Shown here piece after piece: positions 1 through 9,918 of a DNA stretch of 64,000 nucleotides; positions within the stretch are counted from its first letter, which is position 1; every line of letters begins with the position of its first letter. The DNA is taken from contig JBBAAE010000003.1 in NCBI GenBank assembly GCA_041658485.1, positions 10,300 through 74,299 on the forward strand. The letters are read 5' to 3'. The notes beneath the pieces are model-generated. The model ran no database searches and was not told the origin of the DNA. It worked only from the letters and a program-made list of their open reading frames with translations. The stretch is from Minisyncoccota bacterium (GTDB lineage: Bacteria > Patescibacteriota > Minisyncoccia > Phycocordibacterales > Phycocordibacteraceae). Made by a program: the position numbers and the translations under genes.

Positions 1-1
1 A

Positions 2-787
2 GTTCTTTGTGAGGTGTATCAAGCGAACGGTGATGTGCACCCTTCAAACACTCGTGCAGAGCTTCGTGCGGTTGCTAAAAAATATCAAACGGCTGGCGCA
101 TGGTTTGGTATTGAACAGGAGTACACACTTTTTCAAAATGGCAGACCAGTAGGATTTCCTAAAGTAGGATTTCCAGGCCCTCAAGGTCCGTACTATTGCG
201 GTGTTGGTGCAGAAAATATTGTTGGTAGGGATTTGGTGGAAGAACATATGGAGGCTTGTCTTAAAGCGGGGATAGAACTTTCAGGTATTAATGCGGAAGT
301 GATGCCAGGGCAGTGGGAATTTCAGGTAGGGCCTGTGGGGCCGCTTGCTGTGGCTGATCAACTTTGGGTTGCGAGATGGCTACTTGAGAGACTTGGTGAA
401 GAACACGACATGTCAGTTTCATATGCACCAAAACCGGTGAAAGGAGATTGGAATGGTGCAGGTGCGCATACAAATTTTTCAACGAAGGCAATGCGTGCTT
501 CGGGTGGATTGAAACATGTGAAAGTGGCATGTGAGAAATTGAAACGGCGTCACCATGAGCATATTGCTGTCTATGGGGCAGGGAACGAAGAGCGACTCAC
601 GGGTAAACATGAAACTTGTAGCATTAACGAATTTCGCTACGGCGTTTCTGACCGAGGCGCATCCATCAGAATTCCTATGGCAACAGCAAACGACGGTAAA
701 GGATATCTTGAAGATAGGCGTCCTGCGGCGAACATGGATCCGTACCAAGTGTGCGCCGTGCTGATGAAAACTATTTGCGGAAACTGA
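2..787 (+). CDS. glnA: Glutamine synthetase type II (GSII), 5'-truncated by window edge
   Basis: Motifs WFGIEQEY, GPQGPYYCGVGA, NAEVMPGQWEFQVGP, DWNGAGAHTNFST, RLTGKHET, GYLEDRRPAAN; frame is open to the window start. Confidence 0.93.
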   Translation, partial: VLCEVYQANGDVHPSNTRAELRAVAKKYQTAGAWFGIEQEYTLFQNGRPVGFPKVGFPGPQGPYYCGVGAENIVGRDLVEEHMEACLKAGIELSGINAEVMPGQWEFQVGPVGPLAVADQLWVARWLLERLGEEHDMSVSYAPKPVKGDWNGAGAHTNFSTKAMRASGGLKHVKVACEKLKRRHHEHIAVYGAGNEERLTGKHETCSINEFRYGVSDRGASIRIPMATANDGKGYLEDRRPAANMDPYQVCAVLMKTICGN

Positions 788-808
788 ATTGCTATAGATG
801 CCAGACCA

Positions 809-850
809 CCTACTCATTCTAGTATTTTGCAAAATACTAGAATGAGTAGG
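809..850. repeat. 42-bp perfect palindrome after glnA (probable terminator or mRNA-stabilising hairpin)
   Basis: CCTACTCATTCTAGTATTTTG|CAAAATACTAGAATGAGTAGG, no spacer. Confidence 0.9.
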
Positions 851-943
851 GTCGGAGTGAGGTGTGGGGGTTATGCGAAGAAGCTAAGGATTGTGAATGT
901 TGATTGACGAATGGCTGTAAAGCTATTACGGTAGCGAGAGCGT

Positions 944-1576
944 ATGACTCTATCTTCACCACAGGGTTCTCAGAAGCCGAAAAAAGTTCTCGGTGTTGAT
1001 CTTGATGATGTATTGATCCGCACGGGAGATGCGATGGCAAGCTTTCATAATGCGACATACGGCACCAACTATTTGCGCGATGAAGTTGTTGACTACAATT
1101 TAGGAACGGTTTGGAATTGTGCGCCCGAAGAAACACAAAGGCGCATTGATGAGTTTGTGGGTACAGAGTTTCATCACCAAGCTGAGGCAGTTTTTGGAGC
1201 CTATGATGCCTTGAAACATCTTGGGAAAACTTATGAGATAGCTGTTGTGACAGGTCGCCATGAAGGGATGCGTGACAACACTATTGACTGGCTTACTAAA
1301 AATTTCTTAGGACTCTACCGTGAAATTCATTTCACGGGTCACTATGAAACTGATCCTTCAAAAAAGCGTTTGAAGTCGTCAGTGATGACTGAAATTGGAG
1401 CCGATCTTTTTATTGATGACGCGCTTCACTTTGCGTCTGATGTAGCGAGCGTGGGGATCCCCGTATTACTCCTAGATACACCGTGGAATCAAGGGGTAGT
1501 ACCGACCGGCGTTACTCGTGTAGCATCATGGACGGAGATACTTGCAATTCTTGCCTCAAAAGAAACACTAAGATAG
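944..1576 (+). CDS. HAD-family 5'(3')-deoxyribonucleotidase-like protein
   Basis: HAD motif I VDLDDV, VVTGR, FIDDA, LLDTPWN. Confidence 0.8.
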   Translation: MTLSSPQGSQKPKKVLGVDLDDVLIRTGDAMASFHNATYGTNYLRDEVVDYNLGTVWNCAPEETQRRIDEFVGTEFHHQAEAVFGAYDALKHLGKTYEIAVVTGRHEGMRDNTIDWLTKNFLGLYREIHFTGHYETDPSKKRLKSSVMTEIGADLFIDDALHFASDVASVGIPVLLLDTPWNQGVVPTGVTRVASWTEILAILASKETLR

Positions 1577-1683
1577 AAGGGCTCTGAGTCCACAGTGGCA
1601 TCTTCGCTCGTGCGGTATAATAGAAAGGTACGGCTTTATCAGTCTGTGCTCATTATCTAATTATCTAAGTACTTCTTACATAT

Positions 1684-1971
1684 ATGTCAGGAAATATAAA
1701 AGTAGCCAGTGGAATTATACTCGCAGCTGTTGTTCTCGGTGGCGGTTTTTATTGGTATGCATCAACACGCCCAGCGCCAGCCCCTGTTGCTGTAGCTCCT
1801 ACCGAAACACAGCCTACGGTTCCTCAAGGACCGACGCTCGCAACAGGCGCTGACACCTCAGACGCTTCATTAAGTCAGGATATTGCATCGGTAGACGCAG
1901 ATATGACCGCAATGAATGGAGACACAACGGCAATTGATGCAGGTCTCAACGATAAGGCAGTTGCACAGTAA
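1684..1971 (+). CDS. Hypothetical membrane-anchored protein
   Basis: N-terminal TM helix, Pro/Thr linker, acidic tail; GGTATAAT upstream at ~1614. Confidence 0.7.
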   Translation: MSGNIKVASGIILAAVVLGGGFYWYASTRPAPAPVAVAPTETQPTVPQGPTLATGADTSDASLSQDIASVDADMTAMNGDTTAIDAGLNDKAVAQ

Positions 1972-1999
1972 ATTTATTTTTCTAATAATCTTCTACAGT

Positions 2000-2839
2000 A
2001 TGAAAAAAATCACTCCGATATTCCTTTCTCTTATGGCATTCGCAGTTCTTCTGTCCCCAGCTTTTGCGTTTGCTGAGGAGGCGGTAACTACCAGCGTGAA
2101 CGCGGGCGCCACTGTAACTCTACCTGCTGTCACAAAAACGGAAGTAAAAGCAACTGCTACACAGTCAGCTGCATTAATGCGAGGCAAGGATCGCGGAAAC
2201 CAAGAAATTGACAGAAGAGTCACAAACCTTAATGCTCTCATCGCTCGCGTACAAGGAATGAAAAATCTTTCCGACGCGGACAAGGCTTCTATTGCGGGAA
2301 CTTTGACAGCACAGGTGAATGCACTGAATGCACTTAAAGCTAAAATTAATGCAGATACTGATCTTGAAACATTGAAGGGTGATGTGAAATCCATTACTGA
2401 TTCGTATCGCATCTACGCACTTATTATTCCTCAGGGAGGAATAATTACTGCGGCTGATCGTATTGTGACAATTTCAACCACGATGCAACTCATCGCGGTA
2501 AAGTTTGAAGCACGCATTGTGGCGGCCGCTACTGCGGGAAACGATGTTACTGCGGTTCGTGTAGTCCTTGAAGAGTACAAAGCAAAACTTGCAGATGCGA
2601 GCTTGCAAGCACAAGCAGCGGTGAACGCAATCGTTACCCTCGTTCCTGATAATGGTGATGCTACAAAAAAAGCTGCAAATACAAAGGCACTTAAGGATGC
2701 CCGAGCTCAAATTGTAGTTGCACAGAAAGCTTTACAGACAGCACGTAAGGATGCTGACAAAATTATTGTTGCTCTCAAAGGGATGAAAGCTGCGGCGTCG
2801 ACAACGACGACTACGGAAACATCTGCTGGAGCACAATAA
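2000..2839 (+). CDS. Secreted Ala/Lys-rich coiled-coil protein
   Basis: Signal peptide MKKITPIFLS...AFA from ATG 2000; helical composition. Confidence 0.75.
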   Translation: MKKITPIFLSLMAFAVLLSPAFAFAEEAVTTSVNAGATVTLPAVTKTEVKATATQSAALMRGKDRGNQEIDRRVTNLNALIARVQGMKNLSDADKASIAGTLTAQVNALNALKAKINADTDLETLKGDVKSITDSYRIYALIIPQGGIITAADRIVTISTTMQLIAVKFEARIVAAATAGNDVTAVRVVLEEYKAKLADASLQAQAAVNAIVTLVPDNGDATKKAANTKALKDARAQIVVAQKALQTARKDADKIIVALKGMKAAASTTTTTETSAGAQ

Positions 2840-2840
2840 T

Positions 2841-2873
2841 TCAGGTTCTAGGTTCTAGGTTCTAGGAATTAGG
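2841..2873 (+). repeat. Heptamer tandem repeat (AGGTTCT)n
   Basis: caggttc taggttc taggttc taggaat tagg directly after the stop codon. Confidence 0.8.
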
Positions 2874-2904
2874 AAAAATCCCGACATATGTCGGGATTTT
2901 TTTT
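2874..2904 (+). terminator. Rho-independent terminator
   Basis: AAAAATCCCGACAT|ATGTCGGGATTTTT plus T tract. Confidence 0.85.
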
Positions 2905-2938
2905 ATGAGTTGTTCAAAAGTTGGCGTATTATTAAGTA

Positions 2939-3118
2939 ATGTCAAAAGAAAAACTTTCATCCGCAGAGCTTAGTCGACAGGCAGAAGAAAAAGCTAAGAA
3001 AAAAAGAGATCGTACAAAAACAAGAATTAAGGCAGCTAAGGCAAATGGTTCTGATTCTCGAGAGGCAGGTAAGAAGATCGGAAGCCGAAAGGGTAGAGGT
3101 TATAGTAAGGGTAGTTAG
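2939..3118 (+). CDS. 59-aa very basic microprotein (not in ORF track)
   Basis: MSKEKLSSAELSRQAEEKAKKKRDRTKTRIKAAK...GYSKGS*; fills the gap and abuts the comF stop. Confidence 0.55.
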   Translation: MSKEKLSSAELSRQAEEKAKKKRDRTKTRIKAAKANGSDSREAGKKIGSRKGRGYSKGS

Positions 3119-3763
3119 TTAGTGGGCGAGGGTTATTGCAATGACTTCAGAAGCGCCAGCTCCTATGAGTGCACGCTTTGCATCAGAGAGTGTGGTGCCG
3201 GTCTCGGCGACATCGTCTATAAGAATGACATGCATGCCACTTACTTTTTCAGGACGAATCACGGAGAATGCACCAGCAATATTTTTTTCTCGCTCGGACT
3301 TTAATACTTCAACCTGACTTGCCCTGTCTTCTCGCCCGAGTACATCAGGGGCATAGGTAACCTCCGCTTCAAGATGGGGAAGTGTAGCTAGAGTGATTCT
3401 CTCAACTTGGTTATAGCCTCGAGATTTTAGGCGAGCGCTTGAGCTGGGGATGGGAACGAGAAGTGGATTTCGCCATCCTCCGAGTGTTTTTTTGTCCGCA
3501 AGTATTTGAATGATTTCATCGGCCAAAATTCTACCCAGTGCAGGAAGCGGAGCCTTTTCGCCACGATATTTTATGGCACGGATGAGTGCGCGAACTTTGG
3601 GATTTCTGTACGGAAACAGAGCTACAATCCACTGTTTATCACGGTGGATCATTGGGTGAAGAAGCTCTGCCAGCGTTTCTTCTGAAAGTGAACGGGCAAT
3701 AGCTGACTCACTAGATATAGGAATCAATGCATCAAGAATCCTCCGGAAAATGTGACCAATCAT
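3119..3763 (-). CDS. comF: ComF-family phosphoribosyltransferase-like competence protein
   Basis: LVPIPSS..RL..RGYNQ, R..NI.GAF, ILIDDVAETGTTL. Confidence 0.85.
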   Translation of the reverse strand: MIGHIFRRILDALIPISSESAIARSLSEETLAELLHPMIHRDKQWIVALFPYRNPKVRALIRAIKYRGEKAPLPALGRILADEIIQILADKKTLGGWRNPLLVPIPSSSARLKSRGYNQVERITLATLPHLEAEVTYAPDVLGREDRASQVEVLKSEREKNIAGAFSVIRPEKVSGMHVILIDDVAETGTTLSDAKRALIGAGASEVIAITLAH

Positions 3764-3890
3764 GATATACTTGGAAACATTGTACTCCCTGACTTAGACT
3801 TGATTCCACTCTATGGAGAACGCTACGGGAGACATAGGGATTCATCATGATAATTATTAGTCTTTGTACCCAGCGTTCGTAGTCTCTCGT

Positions 3891-5003
3891 ATGGATTTCT
3901 CTCTCAGCACACTGTCTGAAAAATTTAAACAGCTCGCTTCATCTTTTAGTGTGAAAGATGGTGAGAGTGTTCTTGGTATTGATATCGGAACTTCATCCAT
4001 CAAAATTGTGCAGGTAAAGGAGGTGAAGGGGAGTGCTGTCTTGGAGACATACGGAGAGATTGCACTTGGTCCATATGCAAATGCCGAAGTGGGACAATCG
4101 GTGATGCCTCCACCTGAAAAAATTGGGGAAGCTTTGAAAGACGTGCTCCGTGAGGCAAACGCGACAGCAAAAATTGGCGGATTCTCGGTACCACTTTCTG
4201 GAAGTCTCATTAATGTCATCACACTCCCTACAAAAGATCATGCCGATTTGGCAACTATGATTCCAATAGAGGCTCGCAAATATATTCCTGTGCCAATTAC
4301 AGAAGTGGCGCTCGACTGGTTCGTGATACCTGAGGAAGAAGCGAAATTTTTAAGTCCACAAGGGGGTGTTCCAAAATCAGATCACTCAACCGATGTGCTT
4401 CTTGTCGCGATCCACAACGCAGTCCTTGCTAAATATCAGCTTATTACAGAAGCGGCCGCTATTACACCGCGGTTTTTTGAGGTAGAGCCATTTAGCATGG
4501 GGCGAGCTTCTTATGAACACACCACTGCGCCTGCAATGATTATTGATATGGGAGCATCATCGACTCGTGTATATATTATTGAATTTGGCATTATCGATGT
4601 TTCGCACACCATAGGTCGTGGCGGACAAGATTTAACGCTCTCACTGGCAAAGTCAATGGGCGCTACATTTCAAGAGGCTGAAAATATAAAAAGGGATAAA
4701 GGTTTGTCTGAATCTGAGGTGGGATCCGCGGCGCTTGACTTCATATTTGCTGAAGCCCGTCGTATTTTGTTGACGTACCAGCGTAAAGAAGGGAAAGCGG
4801 TATCGCAAGTAGTTCTTGTAGGAGGAGGAGCTTCTTTGAAAGGTTTGAAGGAGGTAGCTTCGCGTTCTTTTGATGCACGGATTGTCATTGCTTCTCCGTT
4901 TGAAAAGTTAGCTGCACCCGCGTTCATTTCTGATGTACTCAAGGGCGCTGGTCCATCCTTTGCTTCCGCTGTCGGACTCGCACTTCGTGCGTTGCATCAA
5001 TAA
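3891..5003 (+). CDS. pilM: Type IV pilus assembly protein PilM
   Basis: GIDIGTSSIK, IEARKYIP, IDMGASST, VLVGGGA, AVGLALR (actin-like fold). Confidence 0.9.
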   Translation: MDFSLSTLSEKFKQLASSFSVKDGESVLGIDIGTSSIKIVQVKEVKGSAVLETYGEIALGPYANAEVGQSVMPPPEKIGEALKDVLREANATAKIGGFSVPLSGSLINVITLPTKDHADLATMIPIEARKYIPVPITEVALDWFVIPEEEAKFLSPQGGVPKSDHSTDVLLVAIHNAVLAKYQLITEAAAITPRFFEVEPFSMGRASYEHTTAPAMIIDMGASSTRVYIIEFGIIDVSHTIGRGGQDLTLSLAKSMGATFQEAENIKRDKGLSESEVGSAALDFIFAEARRILLTYQRKEGKAVSQVVLVGGGASLKGLKEVASRSFDARIVIASPFEKLAAPAFISDVLKGAGPSFASAVGLALRALHQ

Positions 5004-5007
5004 AAAA

Positions 5008-5130
5008 GCGTTTAGTGGTTAGGCGATGCCACATCGGGTCCGTAGGGACCATTTAGCGTTTAGGGAAAAACTTTTTGTATTAGCTTTTGCTGTTCACACT
5101 AACCCCTAATCACTAACCCCTACCCACTAG
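5008..5130. repeat. Heptamer-repeat arms flanking a 34-bp double-hairpin core (5020-5053)
   Basis: TAG(C/T)GTT-type units on the left, CTAACCC/CTAATCA units at 5097-5130; core matches 58001-58034 in reverse. Confidence 0.85.
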
Positions 5131-5151
5131 TTTGAGTGTTACACTTTCCAC

Positions 5152-5793
5152 ATGGACGATCGTGTCACGACATCTTTTATACCTAAGGCTGCGCTCAAGG
5201 TTGAACGCACTGAAGCCAAACGAGCAAGCCCTGTTGCACTCGTAAACATAATTGCTGGCGCGATTCTTATTGTTACCATTCTTTCTGCGGGTGGTATTTT
5301 TGGTTTTGAAAAATATTTAATACAATCGGTTGAAAGTAAACGGCAATCTTTGGAGCGTTCGCGTGCAGCCTTTGAACCTGCAACCATAAAAGAACTTTCG
5401 CGTCTTGATACAAGGATTGCAGCGGGGAGTACACTTCTTAAAAATCACACGGCTCTCTCACAGCTTTTTGATGAGCTTGAGAAGCTTATGCTGACCAATG
5501 TACGATTTAGTAATTTTTCTTATGACATCGCAGACCCAACCAGAACCTTACTCTCAGCATCCGGCGAAGCTGCTAGTTTTAATGCAGTTGCACTCCAGTC
5601 AGACGCATTTAGCAAGAGTAGTATCATTACCGATCCAGTGTTTTCAAATGTGAATATATCGAAGACGGGTAGCATACTGTTTGAATTCACCGCAGTCATT
5701 GATACGACTCGCATAGGGTACACAGGAGTGAGTGCTACGCCCACAGAAGCTCTACCTACAAGTGTGCCACCAACATCACCACAAGGAATATGA
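5152..5793 (+). CDS. pilN: PilN-like protein
   Basis: TSFIPK N-terminus, TM helix, coiled coil; position after pilM. Confidence 0.7.
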   Translation: MDDRVTTSFIPKAALKVERTEAKRASPVALVNIIAGAILIVTILSAGGIFGFEKYLIQSVESKRQSLERSRAAFEPATIKELSRLDTRIAAGSTLLKNHTALSQLFDELEKLMLTNVRFSNFSYDIADPTRTLLSASGEAASFNAVALQSDAFSKSSIITDPVFSNVNISKTGSILFEFTAVIDTTRIGYTGVSATPTEALPTSVPPTSPQGI

Positions 5794-6332
5794 AACTTTT
5801 TACCCCAATTCTTTTTCTCGGTCTCGCTGGCGCAATATTTTTTTGGTATATAAACCCAACATATTTAGGTCTTCAAGGTTCATTAGCTGAACAAGCACAA
5901 TTTGATGCTGCACTATCGCGTTCTCGAGAACTTCAAGATGTCCGTGATCAACTCTTGAGTCGTTACAACACATTTCCACAGCCCGATTTAGCTCGCCTAC
6001 AAAAACTGGTTCCCGACCATGTTGATAATGTACGACTCATCCTTGATTTTGATAGCATGGCGACCAAATACGGTATGCGTGTCAGAAATGTAGTTATTGA
6101 AACCCCAAAAGAGCGAGTCAGTAGAGGACAAATAGGTCCTGATGAGAAGACATACGAGTCCGTTATCTTGTCTTTTAATGTCAGCGGTTCTTACGATACA
6201 TTCAGGCAATACCTCGCTGACCTAGAGAAAAGCCTCCGTCTTGTGGATGTGGTAGGTCTTTCTTTCACTGCAAACGAGACAGGTATTTACGAATTCACCT
6301 TCCATATTAAAACCTATTGGCTCAAACCATGA
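5790..6332 (+). CDS. pilO: PilO-like protein
   Basis: TM helix, L.KLVP, F.VSGSY..F..YL.DLEKSLRLVDV. Confidence 0.8.
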   Translation: MKLFTPILFLGLAGAIFFWYINPTYLGLQGSLAEQAQFDAALSRSRELQDVRDQLLSRYNTFPQPDLARLQKLVPDHVDNVRLILDFDSMATKYGMRVRNVVIETPKERVSRGQIGPDEKTYESVILSFNVSGSYDTFRQYLADLEKSLRLVDVVGLSFTANETGIYEFTFHIKTYWLKP

Positions 6333-6655
6333 TTGATTTATTTAAAAAATTCAAAACGGTCATCATAGTGGTACTCCTAATTGCCATTGCTTTTGTTATA
6401 TATTCATATTTCTTTGCGAAACCAGCCGAGCCTGTTTTGTCAGCACAAGCAGTGTCGGCTATTCCCTCTGTTGATCAGGACCTTATAGCAATCCTTCTTG
6501 AGCTTAAATCAATTAAACTCGATGACGCTATTTTCTCAGACTCTGCCTTTAAAAGTTTACAAGATTTTAGCCAAGAGCTCGTACAGGAACCGGTCGGACG
6601 CAACAACCCCTTTGCTCCACTTGGGGCTAAACAGCTCACTCCGCAAGTGAGATAA
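6329..6655 (+). CDS. Small membrane protein in pilP position
   Basis: TM helix, C-terminal GRNNPFAP (R.NPF motif like PilP); ATGA overlap with pilO. Confidence 0.65.
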   Translation: MIDLFKKFKTVIIVVLLIAIAFVIYSYFFAKPAEPVLSAQAVSAIPSVDQDLIAILLELKSIKLDDAIFSDSAFKSLQDFSQELVQEPVGRNNPFAPLGAKQLTPQVR

Positions 6656-6659
6656 CACT

Positions 6660-8438
6660 ATGGATGTTCTTTCCCTCCTCTCGGAGAAAGGTCTCGTTGA
6701 TAAAAATGCTCTTGCTGGCATTAAAGAAGAGATTGCAACAAGTTCCAAAACTCTTGAGAAGGCCCTCTTAGATAGGGGAGTATCTCCGAGTGACATTCTT
6801 AGTGCTCGGGGTGAGTATTACTCAGTACCAACGCATGAGATTGGTGAGGACGTAGTCCCTTTTGCTGTACTGAACTATATTCCAGAAGAATCTGCTCGTC
6901 ATTACCGCTTTGCCCCCCTCGCATTGAATGATGGCGTACTTGAGGTTGGTACTACTGACCCAGATAACCTTGATGCAGTAGAAGCACTTAATTTCATTGC
7001 TTCGCGCACAAATGTTCCGTATAAGATATTTCTTATCTCCGATGAAGACTTCGACAAAATTATTGGAATGTACAAAGGTCTTTCTGGTGAGGTTGGGCAG
7101 GCACTCGGAGAATTACAAAGCACGGCTGGAGATGATGATGAACTCAGTGTGGCTCTCGAGGAAGCGCCAAGCGAGAAACTTACTGATGCTGAAAAAGGAA
7201 ATGTCAAAATAAAAGAAGACGCTCCCGTTACAAAAATTGTTGCAACTATTCTTCGGTATGCCGTTGATGGTAAGGCGTCCGACATTCACATAGAACCAAC
7301 GCGCGAGGAATTGAAGGTTCGTTTTCGTGTTGACGGCGTCTTGTACACGTCTCTCCGACTACCAAAAAACCTAGAGCGTTCTGTTATTGCGCGTATTAAG
7401 GTACTTTCATCACTCAAGCTTGACGAGAGAAGAAAGCCACAAGACGGTCGTTTTTCTGCAACCATAGATGCGAGACGCGTAGACTTTCGTGTATCAACAT
7501 TTCCAACCTATCACGGCGAAAAGGTGGTGATGCGTATTTTGGATCGTCGACTTCAAACACAAAAACTCAATGACATTGGACTGACGGACGAAAACTCTGA
7601 AACGATTCGAAAAGCAATTAAAAAGCCTTACGGAATCATTGTTATTTCTGGTCCAACAGGTTCTGGTAAATCGACAACACTGTATGCGATGCTTCAGGAG
7701 CTTGATCGTGAGGGAATGAATGTTGTCTCTCTTGAAGACCCGGTCGAGTACGACATCGATGGGGTGTCTCAGTCACAGGTACGCCCAGAAATCGGCTATA
7801 CATTTGCATCGGGACTCCGCTCCATATTGCGTCAAGACCCGAACATTATTATGGTGGGAGAAATTCGCGACAAAGAGACAGCACAGCTTGCCATTCAAGC
7901 CGCACTCACTGGACACCTAGTTCTCACCACGCTTCACACCAATAATGCCATTGGTATCGTGCCCCGACTCGTTGACATGGGCGTTGACCCATACTTGATT
8001 GCGCCGACGCTCATTCTATCTATCGCTCAGCGACTTGTGCGTCTTCGCTGTGAAGATGCTGGTAAGCCTATTCCTTTTGAGGGTGCTGTTGCTACTATGA
8101 TTGAAAAGGAATTCGCTGATATTCCTGCTGAATTTAAGAAAAAACTTCCCGCAGCAAAAACTGTCTACGGTATTGCTCCATCTCCAACCTGCGCTAATGG
8201 TACTCGTGGGCGTGTTGCGGTGTTTGAAATGTTGCCTACATCGCCTGAACTAGAGCACATCATTCTTACTAACCCAATTGAAGATGAATTGTACAAAGTG
8301 GCGCGTGCACAAGGCATGTTCACGATGAAAGAGGATGCTATTATGAAAATGCTTAAAGGCACTATTCCTTTCGAAGAAGTGAACACGCTTGGTGGTGAAC
8401 TTCTTCGCGACGAGGAAGCCGACGAAAAATTGCCGTAA
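6660..8438 (+). CDS. pilB: Type IV pilus extension ATPase PilB/GspE
   Basis: ASDIHIEP, PQDGRF, GPTGSGKSTT, LEDPVE, LRQDPNIIMVGEIRD, TGHLVLTTLHTN. Confidence 0.95.
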   Translation: MDVLSLLSEKGLVDKNALAGIKEEIATSSKTLEKALLDRGVSPSDILSARGEYYSVPTHEIGEDVVPFAVLNYIPEESARHYRFAPLALNDGVLEVGTTDPDNLDAVEALNFIASRTNVPYKIFLISDEDFDKIIGMYKGLSGEVGQALGELQSTAGDDDELSVALEEAPSEKLTDAEKGNVKIKEDAPVTKIVATILRYAVDGKASDIHIEPTREELKVRFRVDGVLYTSLRLPKNLERSVIARIKVLSSLKLDERRKPQDGRFSATIDARRVDFRVSTFPTYHGEKVVMRILDRRLQTQKLNDIGLTDENSETIRKAIKKPYGIIVISGPTGSGKSTTLYAMLQELDREGMNVVSLEDPVEYDIDGVSQSQVRPEIGYTFASGLRSILRQDPNIIMVGEIRDKETAQLAIQAALTGHLVLTTLHTNNAIGIVPRLVDMGVDPYLIAPTLILSIAQRLVRLRCEDAGKPIPFEGAVATMIEKEFADIPAEFKKKLPAAKTVYGIAPSPTCANGTRGRVAVFEMLPTSPELEHIILTNPIEDELYKVARAQGMFTMKEDAIMKMLKGTIPFEEVNTLGGELLRDEEADEKLP

Positions 8439-8440
8439 TT

Positions 8441-8842
8441 ATGGAGCCAACTACTCAAAAAAACTATTCCATTCTTCTCGTCGATGACGATCGATTTCTT
8501 TTGGATATGTATACATTGAAGTTTAAAAACGAAGGGCATACTGTTGAAGCAATTCCAGACCCTAATCTTGCTCTTGAAAAACTGCGAAAAGGTTTTTTGC
8601 CGAACATTATTTTGCTTGATGTTGTAATGCCGGGGGTATCAGGATTTGAGCTCTTGGAGATAATTAAAAAAGAAAATCTTGCGAAAGGTGCAGTAATTGT
8701 AATGCTCACCAATCAAGGTCTTCAAGAAGATATAGACAAAGGAATGAAGTTTGGTGCATCTGGCTACATCATTAAGGCAAGTTCAATACCTTCTGAGGTT
8801 TTGCAAAAAACATTGGCAATTGCTGCGACGCAGCTTACATAA
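8441..8842 (+). CDS. Single-domain response regulator receiver
   Basis: ILLVDDD, ILLDVVMP, MLTN, YIIK. Confidence 0.9.
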   Translation: MEPTTQKNYSILLVDDDRFLLDMYTLKFKNEGHTVEAIPDPNLALEKLRKGFLPNIILLDVVMPGVSGFELLEIIKKENLAKGAVIVMLTNQGLQEDIDKGMKFGASGYIIKASSIPSEVLQKTLAIAATQLT

Positions 8843-8844
8843 TT

Positions 8845-9906
8845 ATGGAATACAAATCCGAACTTGAATCGCTTATAGATACTGTTATTGCTGAAGGAGC
8901 ATCCGATTTACATATAACTGCAAATTCCAATCCCATCATTCGCACTTCGGGTACGCTTATACCACTTCTGAAGCGTGTAAAATATACACCTGAAGATACT
9001 CTCGGAATCTTGGGCGCACTCATTCCGCCAGAAAAATTACAATCATTTAAGCAGGATCAAGAGGTAGATTTTTCGTATCAGTATAAAGATCAAATGAGGT
9101 TTCGTGGCAATGCATTCTTTCAGCAAGGAACAGTGTCCATTGCGCTTCGTTTGATTCCAAGAGAAATCAAGTCACTTGAAGAATTGGGGCTACCTCCAAT
9201 TCTTGAGACATTTTGCCAATTACAGCAAGGTTTTTTCTTGGTTGTGGGTCCTGTTGGTCAAGGAAAATCAACGACACTTGCGTCAATGGTGGAAAAAATA
9301 AACCAAACACGCACTGAGCACATTATTACTATTGAGGATCCGATTGAATACATGTTCACATCGAAAAACTCAATTATCAATCAGCGTGAAGTGCGACTCG
9401 ATACTAAAACATTTCAAGCGGCTCTTCTTTCCGCGTTCCGCGAAGACATCAATGTGCTCATGGTGGGGGAAATGCGTGGACCTGAGACCATGGCAGCAGC
9501 AGTGACCGCAGCTGAAACTGGACACCTCGTGCTTTCAACACTGCACACCAACAATGCTGCTCAGACCATTGATCGTATTATCGATACATTCCCAACGGGT
9601 CAGCAGGATCAAATCCGTCTTCAACTTGCTGCATCATTGGCAGGGATATTCTCACAGAGACTTGTTCCTAGGATATCGGGAGGCCTCATTCCTGCATATG
9701 AGCTTTTGATTAATAATGATGCAGTGGCAAATCTTATCCGTGAAAAGCGTACCCATGAAATTAATGCAGTGATTGAAACAGGTACGGAGTCGGGCATGAT
9801 TGACATGAATCGCTGTCTTGCTGACTTGGTGCGTCGCGGAGAAGTTACGCCGGAGAATGCACTTTCGAGAACATGGAATCCTAAGGCATTTTCGCGCCTT
9901 ATGTAA
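8845..9906 (+). CDS. pilT: Type IV pilus retraction ATPase PilT
   Basis: ASDLH, GPVGQGKSTT, IEDPIE, AAETGHLVLSTLHT, NLIRE. Confidence 0.93.
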   Translation: MEYKSELESLIDTVIAEGASDLHITANSNPIIRTSGTLIPLLKRVKYTPEDTLGILGALIPPEKLQSFKQDQEVDFSYQYKDQMRFRGNAFFQQGTVSIALRLIPREIKSLEELGLPPILETFCQLQQGFFLVVGPVGQGKSTTLASMVEKINQTRTEHIITIEDPIEYMFTSKNSIINQREVRLDTKTFQAALLSAFREDINVLMVGEMRGPETMAAAVTAAETGHLVLSTLHTNNAAQTIDRIIDTFPTGQQDQIRLQLAASLAGIFSQRLVPRISGGLIPAYELLINNDAVANLIREKRTHEINAVIETGTESGMIDMNRCLADLVRRGEVTPENALSRTWNPKAFSRLM

Positions 9907-9918
9907 TGTATAGATTGT

